Source: Podarcis pityusensis
Lineage: Eukaryota
Direction: 5' to 3' (one strand)
NCBI GenBank assembly: GCA_964106645.2
Contig: OZ067043.1
Length of the DNA: 64,000 bases
Part shown: positions 1 to 12,100 of the stretch, piece after piece
Position numbering within the stretch: position 1 is the stretch's first letter
How the letters are laid out: each line of letters starts with the position of its first letter
The notes under the pieces: model-generated
What the model saw: the letters and a program-made list of their open reading frames with translations, nothing else
Databases searched by the model: none
What the model was told of the DNA's origin: nothing
Program-made: the position numbers and the translations under genes

Positions 1-197
1 GCCTCTCTTTAAATCATTTACCCACCCCCATGTCCTTTGAAACAGGCAGTCCATTTGCAGAGCAAATGGAAATAGGTATATTTCTGCCTGTTATCTTTTG
101 GGCAGATTGAGCCCCATGCCCTTTTCCTTGATTCCCGGTGCCTAACATTCTCCCCATGTCCTCCTTTCTGCTCGCCACTCTTCTTTTTTTCCTTCAG

Positions 198-619
198 GGG
201 GAAACGTGACCATAGACAGGCTGAGCTCTTCGGAACTGCTCAGGGCTGAGCGCTCCCCAGCCAGCTCCAGCAAGGCCAAGAAAGGATCCAAGAAAGCTGG
301 TCGCAGCAAAAACAGCCGCTTCTGCCGCCTGCACAGCCGCCTGGTGAAGGTGCGGGACCTTGGGCTGGGCTTTGAGTCGGAGGAGATTGTGCGGTTCAAG
401 TACTGCAGTGGGTCGTGCCAGCGAGCCCGCACCAACTATGACTTGGCCTTGAGTAGCCTGCTACAGCAACGCACCATCGTGCCTGGGCCTCATGACCACC
501 CTTCCTCCCACCCCTGCTGCCGCCCCACCCGGTATGAGGACTTCTCCTTTATGAATGTGCGCAATGCCTGGCAGACTGTGGACCATGTCTCAGCAGCAGA
601 GTGTGGCTGTGTGGGCTGA
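198..619 (+). CDS. ARTN: Artemin (GDNF-family ligand), last coding exon: end of pro-region plus mature cystine-knot domain
   Basis: Acceptor ttcttttttt ccttcag|G at 197/198. RAER furin-type site, then CRL..LGLG..F.YCSGSC..PCCRPTRYE..SFM..W.TVD..SA..CGC.G-stop (7-Cys GFL pattern, C-terminus closest to artemin). Lies directly upstream of IPO13 as in other vertebrates. Confidence 0.92.
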
Positions 620-1800
620 GGGGGCTGCCTACTCTGAGCTCGCAGTTTGTCACTGAGGCTGCAGCCATGCCTAGGGCCTTGCTCCATTGGTGGGGCATGA
701 GACACGGAGAGACACGGTCTGTGGTGGGGCTTTCCAGGTCAGGCAGAAGCAGCACATGGACAATAAGCAGGAGGAGAGCATGATGGCCACAGCTCGAAGG
801 TGCCTGGGCCTTCATCTCCACATCTGTGGAACATTTTCATAGGGTACTTTCCTCATAGCAGCAAGATGGTGAGATGGAGGCCAGCCAAGCCTTTGAGGAC
901 TGCAAACCCACACTGGGAGGAATTCTCCCCTTTAGGGTTTGGTCCGTCAACTGTGTCGTGCATTTGCTCACCCATCAAGTTGCACCCTCCAGTGGAGAAG
1001 CAGCACTGGGATTTCCCATACCTTTACTCAAGGGATGAAGGATAGGGATGTAGCCTGAAAGACCTGTGGTGCAAATGGGTAGGTTCTTGAGCATCACTCC
1101 TTGCCACTTTGTCAGGCAGTGGAAAGAATTGGCTGCTCGCTCAGGTCACCTGGCCCTGTCAATTGCAAGGCTGATGTTCTCTCCCACTTTAAGCCCCCAA
1201 ACCTTTCCCTGAGCAAATTGGTTTGCTCCATCAGAGAGCAGATGTAGTTGAACACGAAGGACAGAGTCACAATGCTTAGCAGCAGCATCAGGGTCAACCT
1301 ACAACTGGTGAGCTTGTGCTCTGACAGTCCAGCAATTACTACTGCTGTCAGTCTTGTGCTGGGATGTTCGGCACAGTTGTTGAGGACTGAATGGAGCACC
1401 TTCCTGGTTTTGTACTAAGATGGTGGTAATTCTTAGAATCTTTGACCTGGTTTGGGGAGCTTCTCCTGGTGAGAACAAGCCCTTGGCAGATGGGAGGCTG
1501 GTGGCTGGACCTTGTGGAGATCGAGAAGCACAGCTGATGGAAGTCTTATGTTTCCACAGCGTAATTAAGGCATCTATTGCTATAGAAAATGGTCTTATCC
1601 TATAAAACCAATGATGGTGTTAACATCCTGGTTTGCAACATTCCCTAACACACCAGCAGCAGCTTGGAGTTTGGCCACTACAGTTGCCAGGCCAACACTG
1701 GAAGCAGCAATAGCCCCTGCCAATCCCTGAGTCAGCCATCACTTGGTGCCAGCAGGGTGGGGAACTCTCTGTCCTAGAAGTGACACTTTCTGAACAAAGT

Positions 1801-1875
1801 TATTTATTCTCTAACTTATTTATTTATTTGTTTGAACCCCACTCCCCACCCTACCCACCCAGTGGCACCTATTTA
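1801..1875 (+). promoter_or_regulatory. AU-rich element cluster in ARTN 3'UTR
   Basis: TATTTATT, TTATTTATTTATTT (~1816-1829) and TATTTAT (~1869) upstream of the poly(A) signals. Confidence 0.55.
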
Positions 1876-2041
1876 TGATGCTGAGAGTCGGGCCTGGTGT
1901 ACCATTGAAAACGGGTGCTGATGTTATGTCCCGGCCTGTGACCAGCAGTTCCTACTCCCTTTTCCCTTCTTGGCCTGATCAAAGGCATTTCCTCTTTTTC
2001 CTTTCCTGATTTTTATATTCTCTACCCTTTATTTGCATTTG

Positions 2042-2086
2042 AATAAACTCTATTTTTGTACAGCAGCAACTTCCTGTAGCAATAAA
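2042..2086 (+). terminator. ARTN polyadenylation signals
   Basis: AATAAA at 2042-2047 and 2081-2086, followed by a GT-rich stretch (tgtgtatctgtgt) near 2117. Confidence 0.65.
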
Positions 2087-3889
2087 GCCTGTTAAGGCAG
2101 TGAGAAATTGGCTTCATGTGTATCTGTGTAGGAGGGAGGGAAACAACAAATATGCAAACCAGCTTAATTCATAAATATAGTTTCTGAAGCAAGTGTGGGC
2201 GCAGACAAGCATTTGACTATGTGCCTTGTCATCTCAAAGTTTATCACCCATGTGCCAAACCTCTTGTTTATTTATACGTGCTTGGTTGAAAGTGAGTTAA
2301 AAGGCCAGCAGATTGAACTCTGGCCAGCAGTGCCTAGGAGAATTTACTAAGAGCTGCTTCCTTTCTAGGTAAAAACCTGCAAATCCTGGGAGTCCTCGCA
2401 CCTCAGTTTCAGGGTAAAAAGAGGGTTTTGTGCAACAAACGTTAAGTAACTTTGTGAAAAGTATTACAGACTAGTCCATCTTAACATGGCAGTTGACGTT
2501 CCTTTATTCAAAACTGAATCCGCTGACATCCAGTGTTGGTAAATGGTTGCCAGATATTATAAAAATAAGTTCTAGAAACCTCTGAAATGCTTAGAATATG
2601 TTATTTTATTCATTTCTAACAACAGCACAGGTAGTAAAGAATAGATTGTGCTGCTGAGCTTCTCCAATTTGAGCCAAGGTTAAGCTGGCATCTATCAACA
2701 CATTCCTGAAAGGAAAAAGGGAGTTCTGTTGGAGTGACTTTTCCACACTGAAAACAAAAATTATGAAAAGTAAGACCCCATTAAAACTAGAGACAACATT
2801 GTACAAATCACATCTCCCACACTGGTCAGAATAATCTGAGATGTTTTCAAATTTAGCAGGTAGTAAATATCAGTGGTAAGCTATTTTATTTATTAATTAA
2901 AATATTTACAACCTGCCATCTACACCAATCATTAAAAAGAACAAATCCAACTACCGATCAGGATTGGATAAACAAATAATAAAGAATCTTTAAACACAAG
3001 TGATGGTAATAACAAATTAGGCACGCATAACTGCATGTACTCCAGCAGTTAGTTATGCAAACACGTTTCACACATTACTAAATCCTGGACTAGTGCCTAC
3101 CACACAAGTAGCTTAAGCAGTGTTTATACTGGCGCCTGTTGTGCAGTGTTTACTTAGAAGTTAGTCCTGGTGACTTACTCTGTCAAAGAGTGTAGGAGTG
3201 CATCTGTAAAGTAGCTGCCCCCCCCCCCTTTCTGCCCAGGTTCATAAAGACACCTAGTTTTGTTTTTTATGTTGCTGGGACTGGTGTGGTCTTAGGGTTT
3301 CGTTGTTTGTTGTTTAAATATTTAAGCAGGGCTGAGGAACCTCAGGGATGGGGGCTGATTGTAGCTCTCCAAATTCTCTTTCCCGCCCTGAGACCTCCCA
3401 GGCCACATCCTTCACTGACTGGCCTATGGGCCTATGCCTTTTAGGGGCCCCTCGACAATGGATCAAAATAATATTGACTTGGTCTTTTAAGAAATTACAA
3501 AAAATGTATTAGGAGATAATTTGTGAGCCCTCCCCCAATATTTCAACTGCCATGGGGCCTCCACAGGGTTTAATCCAGCATTGTCACTGACCGTGCTCTG
3601 TGCCCCCCTCAGCTTTTTTATCTGACCAGAACATGTCATTGAACTGTAAAAAGTAGCCCACTACGCAAAGGTGAGTCACATCCGATGCTCTGCCTTCTTT
3701 TACACCTGACCCCACCCACCAATGCCACTTGAAAGGTTGTCTACCGGGATTGGGAATGCTTGTTTAAGTTGCTTTGAGTGATTTATGGGTTACCTAAGCG
3801 TTTCCATAACATTCTATTTTATACCAGCTGCAAATTTGCTGCTGCTACGAGGTACCTGGACCAGACTCCCTTACCGGGGTGCCACTTCC

Positions 3890-5200
3890 AACTTCGTCCG
3901 CCCCAGTCTCGCAGAATCCCACTGCTTAGCTGAGATTCACTATTTTTCCCCCGCCACCAGGGGGTGCAGTAGGCAGAGACTCGCCACACTGCAAGAACTA
4001 CAACTCCCATGAGCACCCCTCGGCCAATGTCTCTCTCGCTTCCGGAGCTGGGAACTACAACTCCCATGATCCTTCCGCCACAAGCTTGGTCCTCAGCGGG
4101 AAGCGGCTGTTCTTGGCGCCTGACTGGAAGCGAGCGAGCGAGCTGGCAAGAGGGCTTTTGGCGAAGACAACCCGGCAGCGCGTGAGGCCCTCCCTCCCTC
4201 CGCTCTCACTGGGTGCCCCACTGGGTGCCCGGACCAACTGCCAGTCAATTAGTCCGACTGAGCGGCCAGGGAGGCGTCTCGGCGGCGGTGGCGGCGGCAG
4301 CGGTTGCCGCCTCAGGCAGATAGAGCGACCCTCCTCGGAGGGCGTTGAGCGGGAGGGGCCGGGCGAGTACGAGACCGGCAGACGCCCTTCTGTCTGTCTG
4401 TGTCTGTGGCGGGTGATAGGCAGGTACCTCCTCCGCCATTAAGGGCAGAAGGACAGATTCCCCGCTTCCCCAGGAAATTTGCGTCAGTTTATCAAGCCTT
4501 TTCTGTGCTCCCTCCCTCCCAATAATCCCGCTCAAGGCGGGGCGCAGATAGTCCGTGCGCTTTACCGGGGCGGAGGCAGGTAGCTTCCATTCACTCTGAA
4601 TCTTGTTGGGAACAGGCGGGATATTCGCCCCTTATTTCCCTGCTGAGAGTCCCGTCTCCCCCACATCACCCTGTGGGGGGCAGCTAGGCATGTATCCCTC
4701 TTGCAGAGAAGCTGATAAGACATCGCGCCTTTAAAAAAGAAGAATATTGGGAAAGAATCCGGCAGCCCCCACCCCTTTTTTAAAAAAGAAAAACCCCTCC
4801 CATTGACAGGCTGAGCACACGTAGCACTCCCCTTTCCTTCGGGCGAGACACAGGCAGAGAGAATTGCCCTTTCTCGGTCGTTTGGGGGGCTGCTCTTCTC
4901 TTCTTTCGCCCGTCCTTCCACCCCAAGATGCTGTCGCCGCCGCCGCCTACCCCCCTGTAGCTGAGCCCCAGTGCAGGGCGAGGCTCAGACCGTCGGCGTG
5001 CCGGCGCCATGGAGCGCCGAGGGGAGGCTGCCGCCGCTGCCCTCCCGCAGACCCTGGACTTCACCGTGGAGAACGTGGAGAAGGTGAGAGGTGGGGAGGA
5101 GGGGCCGCTTTAGGGTACCTGTGTTGGGGTTGCGGGGTGGCTTGGGTGGAAGTGCCTTATCCTGCACCCCAGTTAATTTCCGCACACGGGATTAGGAGCT
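3890..5200 (+). promoter_or_regulatory. IPO13 CpG-island promoter and 5'UTR
   Basis: High GC/CpG density; two ACTACAACTCCCA motifs (3997-4009, 4054-4066; ZNF143/THAP11 type), CCAAT at 4024, ETS-like CTTCCGG and GC boxes upstream of the ATG at 5009. Confidence 0.85.
5009..5083 (+). CDS. IPO13: IPO13 exon 1 (coding part)
   Basis: gccATGG Kozak; ...[10 protein letters not shown]|gtgaga. Confidence 0.93.
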
Positions 5201-6133
5201 TTCAATGTGCTCAGGCTTTTAGTGTACATTTGTCTCAGGCAATCCTGTCTTGAGTTCCAGTAGTTTTGTACTTCACCTATTCGGTGGGCATAGCTGCTCC
5301 CATCTTGATCTTTTTCAGGGGATTGAGAGTGCCCTTGGCATGTTATTGGTCTCTGACATTGGCTTCACGGTTTAATTTGCACTACTGTAGCCTCTGAATC
5401 CCATTGAATCGCACACACACTCTCTCTCTTTGGAGTGGCAGTAATATTGGTCCTTACGTTATAATCTGGGAACCTTTCCTCCGCTTACCTCCTTCTGAGA
5501 GCGTATCATGATGAGCCTGGCGGGGGGGCTGACACTACTGCTGCTGGCTTGAGGGGGCATTTGCAGAAGTGATGATCTGCCCTGACAGCATACCCAAAGG
5601 CATCCTGTTACTCATTGAATCCTTAGCATGTCATAGTCAGAACTCATGGCACTTTGGGCTTTCTCCTTTAGCTTCACTCCTCAGGAGATACCCTCTAGTT
5701 GTAGAAAGCAAAGTGGCCTTTAGAAACGCACCTGGAAGATGAACTGTTGTCTGGTGACTGCTTTATTCTTTTGGCAGTTGTGTAATCACCTGCCTCTGTT
5801 CTCTTTTAGATGTAGGTATAAATGTTCCCTAATTCATAGGAGTTATTTAAATGGTATTGTAATACTGGCTATGACTCCTGGCATCTCCATGTAAAAGGTT
5901 CTGATGGCAGGTGATGGGAAAGACCTCTGTCTCAGACCCTGGAGAGCTCCTTCCACTTAGAATAGTCTGTCATATTATAAGGCAGCTTCCTATATTTACA
6001 TGAATTTTGTAATGAGAGTAACCTTTTATTTTTGAGGGCCTCATTCCCTTAGCAGTTGTCTGTCGGGGACTGCATGCTGATCATGGGTGGGGCTGCCACC
6101 AGCTTTCCTTTCTCTTTTCTGCCACTCCTTACT

Positions 6134-6179
<46 letters not shown>

Positions 6180-9100
6180 CCTCTCTCCTCCTTCTCCTCC
6201 TCCTCGCTGGCCAGCAGGCTGGGGGCAGGGGGAGATCACTCTTGCCAGAGATGGCTTGCTGAGGGTTTTTAAAAATTGGTTAGCAGGTAGCCCACCTCTG
6301 CTATAGGCATACCACAACTTCACTGGCAAATATGCTAGACTAGAGTGAGTGCCACCACTTGGTTCAAGGCTAAAGAGGATCTTACCTATGTAATTGTTCC
6401 ACATTCCTTCACTGTAATGCTTTTGCAGCTATTTCTCAAAATTCTCTGTGGTGGCCTTGTGGAAGGCAGGCTGCTAATTAAAATACAATTGTGCTTCAGA
6501 TTTATACAATGCATTTTTGAAAGATCAGAAACAACCATATACTGTAGACAAGTATTTTTGTTCCCATGTTGCAGATTGAATGTTGAAGCTGATGAATAGT
6601 AGCTTATTCAAGACTATCTAGTGAGTTTATGTGTGGATTGAAGATGGACTTCCCAATCAAAGCTCACACTCATAGTCACTACAGTATATTGCAGTAAAAC
6701 AGCTCTTTATCTGTATCCAGGTAAACTATCCTTATCTCTGGACTGTGATGTGCTGTATAATGGACATTAACAAGGAGAAGCAAGAAGAATGGATGCTGTG
6801 GTACTAGTTACTGAAAGGGCACCATATTTCTTGAGGCTCCATCTTAAGTTGTGGGGCAGTCTGTGTTATGATAATAGTGAAGATTTCACTTTGCCAAGTG
6901 ATTGGTGTCTTAACTGTTGCTGCCTGTTTGTAAGAATAAAATTCTACACTTACAAGATAGAAAAGCATGAGCTTGGAGCTGTTTTTGAGAGGTTGTTAAG
7001 GAATGATACTTAGAAATATCTATAACTATGTGTTTTTGGAGATTTCACTCAAGTGTAAGTAGAACTCCAATCTGCTCCCGTTTCCCACATTGGGCATATG
7101 TATAATTCATTATAATTGATTATGATGAATATAATTTATCTTTAAATGAAAAGGAACATTTCTAGCCTTGTAAGTTTCTAACCTTGTAAGTTTCCTAGGG
7201 GCCATGGAACTGGAGCTCTGTGGCCTGCATAGCTCCATGTCTAGGAAAAGCAGAATAAGTGCACTCACTTTGAATAAGTTATACATACTACAGAAATTTT
7301 ATTTTCCTGGTTGAAACTGGTATACTTTGGCCTGAAAGAAATTAAAAAGCAGTTTAGGGTTAGTCCTGAACAGTTTATTTTTCTCCCCTTCTGTTGAGTA
7401 AAGTTCTGCAGGATGGAAATTGTTATTTCTGTTAAACAACACACATCTTCCATTGTGGCTTTGTAGAGTGCTCTGTTGTGGACCTGTCACTATTCAGGCA
7501 GCTTTAACCTGCCTTTGCTGCCCATTGTATTTTCAGAAGCACTGGAGCAGCCACTCCCTATTGCACCCTGAATTCTGTCATTCTGCTCGTGTTAAATTGT
7601 CACACAGGTTCCAGGCAGCTCACTAGTAGGGATTATGACATTTAGCCCTCTTCCTAGCAAAGCCCAGATAGTGACAACTCACCAAGGTACATCTTTAGCT
7701 GGATATGGAACCTGACTTGCTTCCCTTTCTTTGTTTATTAGATCCATAGCCAGGAATGGCAGACTCCTAGTCCAAGATTTTAGGCCATGATGTTAAAAAC
7801 CTCCCACTATCATAGTGCATATGGAATAAGGGTTTGTGCCTTTCTGCAAAGTTATGTAGCAGCACTAGCTTTTGTGGCCTAATCTGTTACTGGGTAATGC
7901 TGCTTTATAATTCCCTCTGGAAGGAACGCACAGGCAGCTTCTTTGTGCGAGCTGACAATAGAGCAAATGTTGACATCAAGAAAGGTCAGTACACCCCAGG
8001 TGGTGATTAGCTCAGCAAGTGCTGGGGTAGAAGTTGGAGCCATCAGGGGTGTGCCAGAATGGCTTCCACACTGGCTGGGAAGGGCTGTAGCAGGCTCTCA
8101 AGGATGCTTTGGCTCCCCACCCCCCCGTCTGTCTCAAACCTTCTTTGCTTCGCTGCCTAGCACTGCTTGCATCAAGCTTTCCCGTAAGATACAACTGTTA
8201 TGCTATAATAGTGGAGATTGGTTGGCTGACTGAGGAGGAAGGGTGTAAGCAGGCGATTGTGCCATAATAGTCTGTATTTAGTGCCAGTTTATGCTGCAGG
8301 AAGCATTGACTATTGGGGTCAAGATACAGGTTTTTGAGTAGGGTCAAATCTGCCATGCATTTGACTCATCAGCCCAAGGCTTTTTTTTGCTGCAAGTGAC
8401 AGAAAGGGGTACTCTGCCAGGGTAGATTCAGACTGCTTTCTTACACACGTGGTGTATTTTTGTAATAACAATCCTCTCTGGTCTTGAGGCTGCCTCTTCA
8501 TGGCAGGTGCCACAGATCCAGGGAGTCAGCATCTAGCCAAACCAATATGCTCATGCTCCAGTTCAGCCCTGAGGTGACTGAGTAGGCTAACCAGCTTTTG
8601 CAGGAGCTCATAGATTTGATTTGTAGTTATCACTGTACCAGACATTTAGACTAAAGTAGTTAATGACATCTTGCTGTCACAGGCAGGGGTTGAACTAATA
8701 CTAGGCACTTCTTTCGTATTCAGTGCAGAGCTACCCAACCTCACACATTAGTATATGAATGAAGACGCTTAATTGGTTCTGAATGTTTGAATTATCCAGT
8801 TCAAAACTTCAGTGAGCAGGGGAAGCTTGGGAAAAGCAACACAAAGGACAAGGAAGTTAAAACAGTTATACCAATTAAAGTGCAGCTTAGATTTTAACCC
8901 TAAGGAATATTTATGGTACAGTGTTCAAAACATTGGGGTTTTTTGTGGGGTTTTTTGGGAAAGGTCTTTCTTACTCTTAGCCAGAGAGCAAACCAGGTAG
9001 CTTTTCTGTTTCTTAGCCTAGACAAGCTAGCTTTTCACACAGGAGTACAGACAGGATGCAAGAAACTCCAATGAAACCAGAGACATGCCCTTACATCTAA

Positions 9101-12100
9101 AGCCTTTTTGGTCTTGTGATAACACAGGCCCATTTGGCTTAGAGTGAAGTATTCTGGTGGCATTTCACATTGGATAAAGGCTTCAGGTCAGAGGCAAGGG
9201 TGTAAATTGCCATTTTGCGCTTTTTATAGGGTGACCCTAAGGAGGTGACTTATCTCCCAGCAGAAGCCAAGGGATGTGAAAATGTATAGAGGAATTATCT
9301 TATGCTGTGTGTAATACAACAATTGTTTGGGGTACAGGAAAAAATGGTTGCACTTTCAATAAGAGATGTGTAAAAAATTCATATTTCTCTGGCTTCAATA
9401 AGTTGGTAAAAAATAGAAAAAATGAATCTGAAGATGGGAACACCTTGGAAACACCACATTTCCACCACTGGAAGACATTGGGTTGAATCTGTACACACAT
9501 GCACTCCACTCTTCCTATAGCCATCTTGATGGTACTTAGGCAGCAGTTCCTGTTAACTTTATGGCTTCAACATCAGACATAACCTTTCTGCATTTGTGTG
9601 ATTGTGTTTGTTCTCAATCCAGTGTGTTTTAATGGTTAAAGTGTTGGGCTATTACTTGGGAGACCAGAATTTGAATCTCTAGTCAGCCATGAAGCTCACT
9701 GGGTGACCTTGGATTTCTCAGCCAAACTACCTCACAGGGTTGATGTGGGGATAAACTGGGGAGGGGAGAGCCATGTAGACCACACTGAGCTCCTCGAAGG
9801 AAAAGGTGATATATAAATGAAATTAATAAATCAAATCCTCCCACGTCCCCTGCTATTCCCCTTTTCTTGTGGGCATGTGTGTGTATTTGAGGTGAGGGCT
9901 GTATCATCTAGGCTCTCTCCCTGGATAAAAAGGTTTTGGTTTCCATCACTTCTAATTTGAGGTGGTGAGCCGCAGGCCTGTGTGATGTGACAGCTGAGAC
10001 AGCTGCCTTCAGACCAAGATATTGGGGAATAGAAATACAAGTGAATCTGCCTCTTTGACTCTTTAAAAATGCTATTGCTGATTTACTGTTGTCAAAGTAG
10101 TCTGAAGATCCCCTTCCTTGTATGCAACTGGGAGTAGCTTTCCTGACCTGCTCCTTTTCCAGTAAATTTCCATAGTACTGTTGAGGATTTCATTGGACTT
10201 TCAGGGTATAGTAGCATTTCATTTCAAATGGAAGTCTGCAGAATGATAGTGGTCACGAGTGCAAGCCTTAGCTCAAGTTTCACCGGCTGGCCTTGTTTAC
10301 TTAGAATCATAGAATTGTAGAGTTGGATGGGACCCTTAGAGTCATCGCTACTCTAACACCCTGTAATGCAGATATCTCAACTAAAGCATTAATGACAGAT
10401 GGCTATCCAACTTCTGCATGAAAACTTCCAGTGGAGGAGAATCCACCACCTTCCGATGGAGTCTGTTCCAATTGTCAAGCAGCTCTTACCGTCAAAAAGT
10501 TCTTCCTAATGTTTAATTGGAATCTCATTTCTTGTGAATTGAATCCATTGGTTTGGGTCCTAGCCTCCAAAGCAGGAGAAAACAAGCTTGCTGCATCTTC
10601 CATGTGACAGCCCTTTAGATATTTAAAGATGGTTGTCTTTCTCATCTTTACATACCCAACTCCTTCAACCCAGAACTGGACACAGTACTTTAGATGTGGT
10701 CTTACCAAGGCAGAATAGAGTGGTAATATTGCTTCCCTTGATCTGGACACTATACTTCTGCTGATAACTGGGTTATTTTGTCTTATGCCTGGTCTTATGA
10801 ATCATAGTACCAGCACATGGCCTCTCCACTTGCACAGAGCTAGCCCTGGAAGTGCTGCTGTTGAGAGCAGCAAAGCAACAGGTCCAAGAACACACCATCT
10901 TTAGCTCTAACAGTTTTGGGTTGCCTGGCACAACCCTGTGCTGGCATCAGCTAAAAGTGACTTCCCCAAGGACATGCCTCTGCTTGATTTCCAGGGATAG
11001 GATGCTGGAGTATTTGGAACAGAGCAAACCACTACCTGTGCATATTGTGGCTTCTTAGGTTTGCTTTACACTGTTCATTATGAATTGTGTTGCAGAAGGT
11101 ATTGGTGCTGTGCATGTTAGAAAGAAGTTTTTTGTTCCTGCGGTACAAGATGTCATTACTCATAGACAATGGGGCTTCTGTTTTTTACAGGGTATGTTTG
11201 AATTTGCTTACAAAGGATATTGTGTAGCCTGCGGTATTGTGTCGCCTGGTTTCATGGTTGCAACTGTGATCAATGCTGGTCTCTTGTGCCAAGCAAAGAG
11301 TCAGCCATATATTCTGTTGTTCTTGTATACCTCCTAGTTAACAGCAAGTAATAGGTGTTTCCTTCATGACGACAGATGGCCAATCATGCTAGCCCTTGTC
11401 TATAGCCCATTTTAGAAAGTAAGTGAAAGAGGCAGTTTGTGATGTTTCAGTTTGAGAGTTTATTTTTTAAAGCAATTTGCTAGCAAGAAGCAATCTCTGA
11501 CATGGACTGCATATTTCTGTGACTTTTGTAGTCTTGATTCTTTTGTAGGGTTAACATTAACTGGGCATATGATCCCCTTCTTGTAAATTTTGTGTGTGTG
11601 TGTACACCCACACCAAGTGTCTGCAGTACTTTCCTCTTGTAAAGAAGCTGACTCTAGTGTACTAGAGGTGAAGAATGTGAATCCTTATGTGTTCCTTTGT
11701 CTGGAACTTCAGCTGCTGCTCTAACTGTAGGCTTTCTTTCTCCCAGAATCTGCATTCTTTGAACACTCTTCTGTTCCGAAGATCAGCCCTGGGTCATCAC
11801 TCTTCTTCTGTCACTCCTAAATGTCAAGCTTCAACCACATTGCAGCTTGAGCCCTAGAACTCATGCCCCTTCCCTAGTTCTAGTCAGTAGTAGTGGCATA
11901 CTCACTGTAGCAAGAGCTATTGCTAGAAGCTGCTCTTTTGTTACTGAATTAGCTTTTTTAAATAAACTTGTTTTAGTTGATTGTACTGTATGTAAGCTGT
12001 TCTGCAAGCCTTTTCTGTGAAGACTGGGTACAAACATTCTAAATAACACCATCACTACCATCTAGTCTTCTTAAGCTGTTGGTCTGTTGGTGCTGAAGGC

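Noticed and set aside
4055-5253. Several 60-130 aa ORFs in the IPO13 CpG island (and similar ones at 61098-61956)
   Set aside because: Expected in GC-rich, stop-poor DNA; low-complexity translations.
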